Of a stretch of 64,000 nt of DNA, positions 56,644 to 64,000 are shown piece after piece. Under the pieces are notes generated by a model that was not told the origin of the DNA, searched no databases, and worked only from the letters and a program-made list of their open reading frames with translations. Within the stretch, counting starts at the first letter, position 1. Every line of letters starts with the position of its first letter. The position numbers and the translations under genes were made by a program. The DNA is from an uncultured Granulosicoccus sp. (GTDB lineage: Bacteria; Pseudomonadota; Gammaproteobacteria; Granulosicoccales; Granulosicoccaceae), in NCBI GenBank assembly GCA_965367215.1, contig CBDUIJ010000001.1, forward strand, positions 1,901 to 65,900. Direction: 5' to 3'.

Positions 56644-56752
56644 TGATTCAAAGCCGCCACAGGCACAGCATGTCGGTGAGCTGAAAGCAGCTGCATCGAC
56701 CCCTGTGCAGGTGGGTCAGGGCATCAATGCACCCCGAGAGGATGATTCGGGC

Positions 56753-58594
56753 ATGCCTGAATCGTTCCGGCAGTCAACCGGTGCCTGCGCACGGGCGATT
56801 GCTCGGGACACGTCCATCGATATTACCTTCGATGAGAATGCAGCCGATGTGGAAGGGATGGTGCTGCCCGGCATTCCTGACGATGCCACCGAACTGGAGC
56901 GACGCAAGACACGCGGTCGCAGTGATGCCATTGCTCTGCACAAACAGCATCATGATGCGCGCACACACGCTCGTCACCAACCCTCGACCGATACCTCGCA
57001 ACGCCTGCATGCCATGGCCGAACAGACACGTGTCGAGCTGCTCGGGGCGAATATGTACGAAGGCGTCGGGCGCAATCTGGATGCGGCGCTCGATGGGCGA
57101 TATCGCCTGTTGCTGGATACGGTTCGCAAGCCTGTCATCGACATGCGAGAGAACAAGGCCGAGCCGCGTCTGGGCATCGAGCATGCGTTGAGTCTGTATC
57201 TGCGGGAGCAGCTGAGCAGTCGGCCGCTGCCGGCGGCGGCGGCAGAAGCACTGTCCGACTGGCGCGAGTGGCTGTCCAGCGATGTGGCAGACAAGTTCAA
57301 GGCCGGTGATTTCAATCTCGAGGATCAGGCTGGTTTCGCCAGGGCACTGGGACAACTGCTGCGCTCTCTGGAGATGGAGGACAGTGATCCGAGTGACAAT
57401 CCGGATGAGTTCGATGACGAGAATCAGCAGTCCGATGATATGGAATCGGAGCAGGATCAGTCCGAATCCACCGAATCCGATAGCAGTTCCCTGGAAGAGG
57501 ACGGTGAATCGGAGTCCATGGAGGAGGATGATGGCAATGCCGAGGATGGCAGTGATATCGTCGAGCCCGAAGAGGACATGCCGGAGCGCAGCTCGGAGTC
57601 GCCGGGTAGTGAATGGCGAGCCACCGCAGGTGAAGCTCAGCGCCGCTCGATCAACGATTATCACGTCTATACACAGGAATTCGATGAGGTCATCCGGCCG
57701 CTCGACCTGTGTGATGTCGAGGAACTGACGCGACTGCGGCAGACGCTGGACAGTCATATCGGTGATCTGCAACGTCAGATAGGCAAGTTTGCCAATCGAC
57801 TGCAGCGGGTGCTCATGGCGCAGCAACGTCGTTCCTGGGAATTCGATCTGGAAGAGGGGCAACTGGATACCGCGCGCCTGACGCGGGTGCTGACCGATCC
57901 GATGATGCCTTTGACCTTCAAGCAGGAATCGGAAACTCCTTTTCGCGATACCGTGGTGACTCTGCTGCTGGACAATTCCGGGTCCATGCACGGTCGTTCG
58001 ATTCGGGTAGCCGCGGTGTGTGCCGACATTCTGTCCGCCACGCTGGAGCGTTGCGGCGTGCGTATCGAGATTCTGGGTTTTACCACCTGTGCCTGGAAGG
58101 GCGGGCGCTCACGCGAGAAATGGGTCGCCGATGGTTATCCACCCAACCCGGGACGGCTGAACGATCTGCGACATATCATCTACAAGGCGGCTGATACACC
58201 GTGGCGCCAGTCACGACGTAATCTCGGGCTAATGATGCGCAAGGGCCTGTTGAAGGAAAACATCGATGGTGAGGCCCTGCAATGGGCGCATGGTCGTTTG
58301 TTGCAGAGGCCCGAGCAGCGCCGCATCCTGATGATGATTTCCGATGGTGCGCCCATCGATGACTCCACCCTGTCAACCAATCCGGGGCGTTTTCTGGAGA
58401 AGCATCTGCGGCATGTCATCGCACAGATCGAACGGCAGGATGAAGTCGAACTGGTGGCGATCGGTATCGGTCATGACGTACGACAGTATTATTCGCGCGC
58501 CACGACCATTCACGATGTCGCTCAATTGGCAGATGTCATGACGAGCCAGTTGGTGGATCTGTTCTCAACCAACCGTTCTCGGCAGCCTCGTTGA
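56753..58594 (+). CDS. cobT: CobT-type protein (acidic linker + C-terminal vWA domain)
   Basis: It has a long acidic tract ([37 protein letters not shown]...) and a vWA MIDAS motif (LLLDNSGSM). The start is uncertain: ATG at 56753, or GTG at 56705 or 56711. The track ORF extends to 56525, inside cobS. Confidence 0.78.
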   Translation: MPESFRQSTGACARAIARDTSIDITFDENAADVEGMVLPGIPDDATELERRKTRGRSDAIALHKQHHDARTHARHQPSTDTSQRLHAMAEQTRVELLGANMYEGVGRNLDAALDGRYRLLLDTVRKPVIDMRENKAEPRLGIEHALSLYLREQLSSRPLPAAAAEALSDWREWLSSDVADKFKAGDFNLEDQAGFARALGQLLRSLEMEDSDPSDNPDEFDDENQQSDDMESEQDQSESTESDSSSLEEDGESESMEEDDGNAEDGSDIVEPEEDMPERSSESPGSEWRATAGEAQRRSINDYHVYTQEFDEVIRPLDLCDVEELTRLRQTLDSHIGDLQRQIGKFANRLQRVLMAQQRRSWEFDLEEGQLDTARLTRVLTDPMMPLTFKQESETPFRDTVVTLLLDNSGSMHGRSIRVAAVCADILSATLERCGVRIEILGFTTCAWKGGRSREKWVADGYPPNPGRLNDLRHIIYKAADTPWRQSRRNLGLMMRKGLLKENIDGEALQWAHGRLLQRPEQRRILMMISDGAPIDDSTLSTNPGRFLEKHLRHVIAQIERQDEVELVAIGIGHDVRQYYSRATTIHDVAQLADVMTSQLVDLFSTNRSRQPR

Positions 58595-59168
58595 AGATGG
58601 CATTGGCCATCTTCCAGAGCTCGTCGGAACCCTTGCCGATCTGAGCGGTGCGGGTTCTGACCTGATCCAGTGAGACGTCGAAGTCATTCCAGGTACCGCC
58701 ACCGGTAAGCGCATTGAGCAGCACCGGTTGGAGTCGGTCGATAGCCTTGGCAAAGCGGGCGTCGGCTGTCTCACCGGCCTCGAATTCATCCCAGCACTGT
58801 CGCAGCAGGTTTGCCTGATCGTCGGGTAGCAGTCCGAACAGGCGGGTCGCGGCTGCCTGTTCCTCGGCTTCCTTGTTCGGATTCTGCTGGCCGTGAATGG
58901 GTACATCGCCGGCATCGACTTCGACGATGTCATGCACCATCAGCATGAAGACCACACGGTCGACATCCACAGGCTGGTTGGCGTGTTCGGCCAGAATCCG
59001 GGCGAACAGGGTCAGGTGCCAACTGTGTTCTGCGCTGTTCTCGCGGCGTTCACCCGAGGCAATCAGGGTCGCCCGGTAAACCGATTTCAGGGCATCGATG
59101 GCGACCAGAAATTCGATCTGGGACTTCAGGCGAGGTGCCAGTGAATCAGACCAGGCAGGCAGTGTCAT
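58536..59168 (-). CDS. HD-domain phosphohydrolase (YfbR-like)
   Basis: 210 aa with [14 protein letters not shown] and [14 protein letters not shown] (the H...HD...D pattern). Confidence 0.75.
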   Translation of the reverse strand: MTLPAWSDSLAPRLKSQIEFLVAIDALKSVYRATLIASGERRENSAEHSWHLTLFARILAEHANQPVDVDRVVFMLMVHDIVEVDAGDVPIHGQQNPNKEAEEQAAATRLFGLLPDDQANLLRQCWDEFEAGETADARFAKAIDRLQPVLLNALTGGGTWNDFDVSLDQVRTRTAQIGKGSDELWKMANAIFNEAAENGWLRTDPPTGSS

Positions 59169-59338
59169 GTGTTTCCAGGCTCATTGAAGGGTGGGCAGGG
59201 CGATGACCATAACTGATCACTATCGATTCGGTAAGGGGGCGGAGTCGGACAGGTGGGTGGGCAAACGGATGGCAGGTACCCGAAAAGGCCAGACAGCAGG
59301 CTGCGATATGAGGTTGCGGCCAGCTCGTCATTAAAAAT

Positions 59339-59354
59339 TTGACCATTTGGAAAA
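59339..59354 (+). promoter_or_regulatory. RutR-box-like operator upstream of preT
   Basis: TTGACCATTTGGAAAA compared with the consensus TTGACCAnnTGGTCAA. The left half-site matches 7/7 and the right half-site 5/7. It lies 83 nt upstream of the preT ATG. Confidence 0.45.
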
Positions 59355-59436
59355 AAATTGCTTTAATCGGATTCATCCCGTGGTCATCCAGCCTGGTTGA
59401 TGCGCGGCGGCACAGTCTGTAGAGGAGTCCTCAACG

Positions 59437-60753
59437 ATGGCGTCCAGTAGTTACGAACAACTGCAACAAGATCTGCACCCTCCGCTGACCAGGCATGAAG
59501 CCTCGGTGGAATCCGACCGTTGCTATTTCTGTAACGATGCACCTTGCGTGACTGCCTGTCCCACGGGCATCGATATTCCCTTGTTCATCCGTCAGATCAG
59601 CACGGATAACCCCACGGGTTCGGCCCGCACCATCTTCAACGAGAACATTCTGGGTGGCATGTGTGCCCGGGTCTGTCCCACGGAAACACTGTGTGAGCAG
59701 GCCTGTGTGCGCAATACCGCAGAAGACAACCCTGTCCGTATCGGTGAATTGCAGCGCTATGCCACCGATCATCAGATGGAAACCGGCAAACAGCCATTCG
59801 AGCGGGCGTCCGGCACTGGCTACAGGGTTGCAGTTGTCGGCGCTGGCCCGGCGGGTCTGGCCTGTGCGCACCGGCTTGCACTATTGGGGCATGAGGTCGA
59901 TATCTTCGATGCGAATGGCAAGCCTGGCGGACTCAACGAGTACGGTATCGCTGCCTACAAATCGGTTGATGAGTTTGCTCAGCAAGAGGTTGCCTATATC
60001 CTGTCCATCGGTGGGATTACCCTGCGTCAGGACGAAGCACTGGGTGAAGACTTCATCCTCGATGACCTCAAGCGCGATTATCAGGCGGTTTTTCTGGGAA
60101 TGGGGCTGGGGGCTGTCAACGACCTGGGTATCGAGGGCGAAGAGCTGGCAGGTGTTGTGGATGCCATCGAATTCATCGCCGAGCTTCGACAGAGCCAGGA
60201 TTATTCGCAGCTCGATCCGGGTGAGCGAACCATCGTCATCGGTGGTGGCATGACAGCAATCGATGCGGCTGTGCAGAGTCGCATGCTCGGTTGTGAAGAG
60301 GTCACGCTTGCCTATCGTCGTGGTGTCGAGCGCATGAATGCCAGCCAGTTCGAGCAGGATCTGGCCAAGGTCAATGGCGTGGTGATTCGCAACTGGTTGC
60401 AGCCACTGCGGGTGGTCGGCGAGAACGGTCAGGTGACGGGTGTCGAATTTGCCCGAATGAGCGAGGAAGGCGGGCAATACGGTCCCACTGGAGAGACGCT
60501 GATACTGCCCTGCGACAGGGTGCTCAAGGCTATCGGGCAGCAGTTCGTCAACAGTCTGGCTGTAGCAGACGGTGCGACCGGAGTCGAACTGGAAGCGGGA
60601 CGCATCCGTGTCGACACTGATCGCCGCACCTCGGATTCGAAGGTCTGGGCAGGGGGCGATTGCATCGCCGGTGGCGAGGACCTGACCGTGGCAGCGGTGC
60701 AAGACGGCAAACTGGCCGCAGAATCCATTCATTCAACTCTGACAAAGGGGTAG
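59437..60753 (+). CDS. preT: NAD-dependent dihydropyrimidine dehydrogenase subunit PreT (GltD-like)
   Basis: 438 aa. It has an N-terminal Fe-S motif (CYFCNDAPCVTACPTGIDIP) and dinucleotide folds VAVVGAGPAGLACA and IVIGGGMTAIDAA. Confidence 0.88.
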   Translation: MASSSYEQLQQDLHPPLTRHEASVESDRCYFCNDAPCVTACPTGIDIPLFIRQISTDNPTGSARTIFNENILGGMCARVCPTETLCEQACVRNTAEDNPVRIGELQRYATDHQMETGKQPFERASGTGYRVAVVGAGPAGLACAHRLALLGHEVDIFDANGKPGGLNEYGIAAYKSVDEFAQQEVAYILSIGGITLRQDEALGEDFILDDLKRDYQAVFLGMGLGAVNDLGIEGEELAGVVDAIEFIAELRQSQDYSQLDPGERTIVIGGGMTAIDAAVQSRMLGCEEVTLAYRRGVERMNASQFEQDLAKVNGVVIRNWLQPLRVVGENGQVTGVEFARMSEEGGQYGPTGETLILPCDRVLKAIGQQFVNSLAVADGATGVELEAGRIRVDTDRRTSDSKVWAGGDCIAGGEDLTVAAVQDGKLAAESIHSTLTKG

Positions 60754-60757
60754 GCAC

Positions 60758-62056
60758 ATGGCTGATCTGAGCAGCGAATTTCTGGGCATCAAATCCCCCA
60801 ACCCGTTCTGGCTGGCATCAGCGCCACCGACCGACAAGGAATACAACGTCGTCCGTGCCTTCGAAGCTGGCTGGGGCGGGGTTGTATGGAAGACACTGGG
60901 AGAGGATCCCCATGTGGTCAACGTCAACGGTCCTCGCTATGGCGCCATGTATTCCAGCGATCGCACGCTGATCGGCCTGAACAATATCGAGCTGATCACC
61001 GACCGTCCCTTGCAGGTCAATCTGGATGAGATCACGCGCGTCAAGCGCGATTGGCCCGATCGCGCCGTCGTCGTGTCACTGATGGTGCCTTGCGAGGAGC
61101 AGAGCTGGAAGACCATTCTGAAAAAGGTGGAGGACACCGGTGCCGATGGCGTGGAACTGAACTTCGGTTGTCCACACGGCATGTCGGAGCGCGGCATGGG
61201 CGCAGCTGTCGGGCAGGTGCCCGAATACATCCAGATGGTTGCCGAGTGGTGCAAGCAGAATACGCAGATGCCGGTCATCGTCAAGCTGACACCGAACATC
61301 ACGGACATTCGCGGTCCTGCGCGTGCGGCCAAGGCAGGCGGTGCCGATGCCGTATCGCTGATCAACACCATCAACTCCATCATCAGTGTCAACCTGGACA
61401 CCATGGCACCGGAGCCCTCCATTGATGGCTGGGGTTCTCACGGTGGTTACTGTGGACCTGCCGTAAAACCCATCGCCCTGAACATGGTGGCTGAAATTGC
61501 CCGTGACGCAGAGACAGCCGGTATGCCCATCTCGGGTATTGGTGGCGTGACCACCTGGCGTGATGCAGCCGAGTTCATGGCGCTGGGTGCCGGCAATGTC
61601 CAGGTCTGCACCGCAGCCATGACCTATGGCTTTCGCATCATCGAGGAGTTGACGCAGGGCCTGTCCGACTGGATGGACGAACAGGGTTACAACCAGGTCA
61701 GCGATATCGTTGGCAAGGCGACACCGAACGTCAAGGACTGGAAGAACCTGAACCTGAACTACATCAGCAAGGCTGTCATCGATCAGGACTTGTGCATCCA
61801 GTGCGGTCGCTGCCATGTGGTCTGTGAGGACACTTCACATCAGGCCATCACTGCCATGGTGGATGGCAAGCGGCACTTCGAGGTGATCGATGAAGAGTGC
61901 GTGGGTTGTAATCTGTGTGTCAGTGTCTGTCCGGTGGTCGACTGCATTTCCATGGAACAGGTGACCGAAGGCATGGATGTGCGCACCGGCAAACCCATCG
62001 TGAGCGAGTACGCCAACTGGACGACTCACCCCAATAATCCGTCCGCCCAGAGCTGA
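60758..62056 (+). CDS. preA: Dihydropyrimidine dehydrogenase subunit PreA (DHOD-like + 2x[4Fe-4S])
   Basis: 432 aa. It has NFGCPHGMSERGMG, plus C-terminal CIQCGRCHVVCED and CVGCNLCVSVCPV. Confidence 0.9.
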   Translation: MADLSSEFLGIKSPNPFWLASAPPTDKEYNVVRAFEAGWGGVVWKTLGEDPHVVNVNGPRYGAMYSSDRTLIGLNNIELITDRPLQVNLDEITRVKRDWPDRAVVVSLMVPCEEQSWKTILKKVEDTGADGVELNFGCPHGMSERGMGAAVGQVPEYIQMVAEWCKQNTQMPVIVKLTPNITDIRGPARAAKAGGADAVSLINTINSIISVNLDTMAPEPSIDGWGSHGGYCGPAVKPIALNMVAEIARDAETAGMPISGIGGVTTWRDAAEFMALGAGNVQVCTAAMTYGFRIIEELTQGLSDWMDEQGYNQVSDIVGKATPNVKDWKNLNLNYISKAVIDQDLCIQCGRCHVVCEDTSHQAITAMVDGKRHFEVIDEECVGCNLCVSVCPVVDCISMEQVTEGMDVRTGKPIVSEYANWTTHPNNPSAQS

Positions 62057-62568
62057 TGCTTTTCGGCCAGCGTCAAGCTGGCCATGGCCGGGCTGCTCGA
62101 GGGCAGGGAGACAATACGCAGGTCGCGCTGCAGGCGCGCCTGCAGCTTGTCCAGTGACTCGCCGCAGTGTCGCTTGAGCAGTTTCTCAGCGGCCTTGCCG
62201 TTGCAGGCAATGCATTGCAGCTGCGGATGGCGGGTAACCAGGCTGGCGATATCGTTGGCCTGTTCGCTGGCACGGACAATACGGCTGTCGAGGCTGCCGG
62301 GTCTTTCACAGCTGGCCAGTACATCCCACAGCGCATACCCGCTGGCAGTGAGCAAGGCGCAGCGCTGCGTATAGTCGAGAGATTGCACGGAGTCGAAGCT
62401 GGCTTCTGCCTGGCCTTGCGTGATCGCCAGCATGATGGGCCAGAAGGCATTGCGTGGGTGGGCGTAATAGCGAACCGCTGTCAGTGAGGCCTGGCCCGGC
62501 ATGCTGCCCAGTATCAGGGTGTGCGCCGTCGGCCCTTCCAGGGGTGGAAAAGATTCGGCCTGGCTCAT
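62026..62568 (-). CDS. DNA-deoxyinosine (hypoxanthine) glycosylase, UDG superfamily
   Basis: 180 aa. LILGSMPGQASL and YYAHPRNAFWP match the family 6 UDG/HDG signature as I recall it. Confidence 0.7.
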   Translation of the reverse strand: MSQAESFPPLEGPTAHTLILGSMPGQASLTAVRYYAHPRNAFWPIMLAITQGQAEASFDSVQSLDYTQRCALLTASGYALWDVLASCERPGSLDSRIVRASEQANDIASLVTRHPQLQCIACNGKAAEKLLKRHCGESLDKLQARLQRDLRIVSLPSSSPAMASLTLAEKHQLWADGLLG

Positions 62569-62659
62569 GCCTGACCGAGGCGAAGCGGTACCGAGTATTG
62601 CAGGTCTGGTACGGACCTGTGGGTCGGTTGTCGAAGCCGCGCGACGGTGCCTGTCGTTG

Positions 62660-63322
62660 TCATTCCGGTGCCAGTCCGCGCGTGAGCATCAGCTTCAGAG
62701 TCTGTTCGGCCTGCTCGTAGAGCACCTCTTCAGGGTCGTCGCTGAGTGCGCTGATCTGTGGTGCGAAATCGGCATAATGCTGGGTCGCCGACCAGATCAG
62801 GAAAATCAGGTGCAGTGGCGTGACGGGTGCCAGCTTTCCCTCATCTATCCAGGTTTGTATTATCTGGCATTTGGAGGTCACCAGAGATTTCAGCTGATTT
62901 TCCAGGAAGGATTTTATGACGGGGGCGCCTTGCAGAATCTCGTTCGCGAACAAGCGTGACGCGTGCGGTGCCTTGCGTGACAGCTGCAGTTTCTGCTGCG
63001 CATATTTCCACAGTTCCTCGATGGGGTCGCCCTCGGCGTCGAGCTCGTCGAGCGGATCCAGCCAGACGGTCAGGGTGCGTGCCAGCACCGCAGCATAGAT
63101 ATCCTGTTTGGTATTGAAGTAGTAGAGTACATTGGCCTTGGACATGCCGGCAGTATCGGCAATCTGATCGACAGTGGAACCGCGATAGCCATTGGAGGAA
63201 AATACGTCAAGCGCAGCCCGCACGATACGCGCCTCGTTGCGTATCTGAATGCGTGTGCGCTTGCGTGGACTTGCGTCCGCCGCTGCCACTTCGCCGCTGA
63301 GATTGATCTCGTCGTCTGCCAA
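62660..63322 (-). CDS. rutR: TetR-family regulator, RutR-like
   Basis: 220 aa with the HTH STVDQIADTAGMSKANVLYYF. A perfect RutR-box palindrome lies in its own upstream region, next to pyrimidine catabolic genes. Confidence 0.78.
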   Translation of the reverse strand: MADDEINLSGEVAAADASPRKRTRIQIRNEARIVRAALDVFSSNGYRGSTVDQIADTAGMSKANVLYYFNTKQDIYAAVLARTLTVWLDPLDELDAEGDPIEELWKYAQQKLQLSRKAPHASRLFANEILQGAPVIKSFLENQLKSLVTSKCQIIQTWIDEGKLAPVTPLHLIFLIWSATQHYADFAPQISALSDDPEEVLYEQAEQTLKLMLTRGLAPE

Positions 63323-63340
63323 GAGAGTGTTCGTAAAATG

Positions 63341-63356
63341 TTGACCAAGTGGTCAA
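63341..63356. promoter_or_regulatory. Perfect RutR-box palindrome in the rutR/mmsA divergent intergenic region
   Basis: TTGACCAAGTGGTCAA matches TTGACCAnnTGGTCAA at all 14 defined positions. It lies 19 nt from the rutR start and 59 nt from the mmsA ATG. Confidence 0.75.
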
Positions 63357-63414
63357 GATACGATAGCGTTCGTTCAATCACAAGCAAAATCAGCCCAAGC
63401 CTGAGAGTCCAATC

Positions 63415-64000
63415 ATGATCACGAATCTTGTCGGTGGCCAACGAGTAGCAACAAACAGCGGACAAACGCAGCCTGTTTACAACCCTGCTACCGGGGAAGC
63501 CATCGATGAACTGGGTCTGAGTACGGCTGATGAAGTCGCGGCCGCCGTTGAAGTGGCTGCCGAGGCTTTCCCGGCCTGGGCTGCTACGCCGCCGCTGAAG
63601 CGTGCAGCCATCATGTTCCGCTTCAACGAATTGTTGATCAAGCACGCTGATGACATTGCCCGCGAGATTTCACGCGAACATGGCAAGACTCATGATGACG
63701 CTCTGGGTGAGGTGCAGCGCGGCAGGGAAGTCGTTGAATTCGTCTGCGGCATTCCGCATCTGTTGAAGGGCGAGTTTTCCCGCAACGTCGGTCCACAGAT
63801 CGATACCTGGTCGGATCGGCAGGCGCTGGGTGTCTGCGCGGGCATCACCCCGTTCAACTTTCCGGCCATGGTGCCCTTGTGGATGTACCCGGTCGCCATC
63901 GCCTGCGGCAATACCTTTGTGTTGAAACCATCCGAGCGCGACCCTTCCGCCGCCCTCATGGTGGCCGATCTGCTGCATCAGGCAGGCCTGCCTGATGGCG
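63415..64000 (+). CDS. mmsA: CoA-acylating methylmalonate/malonate-semialdehyde dehydrogenase (3' end cut by the window)
   Basis: My own translation from the ATG at 63415 gives MITNLVGGQRVATNSGQTQPVYNPATGEAIDELGL...GITPFNFPAMVPLWMYPVAIACGNTFVLKPSERDP. It is open to the window end, which is why it is not in the ORF track. Confidence 0.85.
   Translation, partial: MITNLVGGQRVATNSGQTQPVYNPATGEAIDELGLSTADEVAAAVEVAAEAFPAWAATPPLKRAAIMFRFNELLIKHADDIAREISREHGKTHDDALGEVQRGREVVEFVCGIPHLLKGEFSRNVGPQIDTWSDRQALGVCAGITPFNFPAMVPLWMYPVAIACGNTFVLKPSERDPSAALMVADLLHQAGLPDG

Overview
This 64-kb chromosomal segment looks gammaproteobacterial. That is my inference from the Vfr/CRP, trpEGDC, KpsC/KpsS and ChrR-ECF gene content, not a database result. 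I can support about 52 protein-coding genes, one of them truncated by the window end. I saw no rRNA, tRNA or CRISPR array. Start codons are often uncertain because the ORF track includes GTG and TTG starts.

Layout:
- 0.4-12.9 kb: an accessory KpsC/KpsS-type capsule or glycan locus. It holds a UXS-type UDP-xylose synthase, rmlA, a minus-strand operon of four abutting genes that includes a GT29 (sialyltransferase-motif) protein and an orphan 404-aa protein, a GT14 Branch-domain enzyme that is richer in A+T, then kpsC and kpsS.
- 13.2-23.8 kb: an orphan GspE/PilB-like protein with degenerate ATPase motifs, a Cys-rich lipoprotein coupled to fumA, a candidate Trp-rich leader peptide followed by trpEGDC, crp/vfr, an OsmC-like gene, and rplM-rpsI.
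- 23.9-36.3 kb: a 1297-aa DUF3683/FAD/Fe-S oxidoreductase, a dGTPase-like HD protein, a RAYT-like Y1 transposase domain fused to a DnaA-C-like HTH, a Nudix hydrolase, a dimethylglycine-dehydrogenase-like enzyme, and rmlCDB, which sits 31 kb from rmlA.
- 36.3-43.2 kb: a chrR/ECF sigma pair facing an operon of an FAD oxidoreductase, DUF1365 and a CFA-synthase-like gene (the furan fatty acid type of singlet-oxygen regulon), then tmcA.
- 43.9-52.0 kb: a fasciclin lipoprotein with two in-frame tandem repeats, an M14D cytosolic-carboxypeptidase-like enzyme, and a co-directional minus-strand block of a retropepsin-like protease, two ATP-grasp ligases, an MFS-like transporter and AMP nucleosidase.
- 52.2-64.0 kb: a stand-alone EF-G paralog, a regulator with a LacI-type core and a LuxR-type HTH, cobS-cobT, an HD hydrolase, and a reductive pyrimidine catabolism set (preT-preA, rutR-like, partial mmsA) with a perfect RutR-box palindrome.

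The most unusual candidates:
- the bacterial GT29-like enzyme in the capsule locus;
- the catalytically degenerate orphan GspE-like protein;
- the ATP-grasp pair with a protease and transporter, next to a CCP-like carboxypeptidase;
- the Y1-transposase/DnaA-C fusion with a degenerate HUH motif.

All family assignments come from motif recognition by eye and memory of family signatures. No searches were run.
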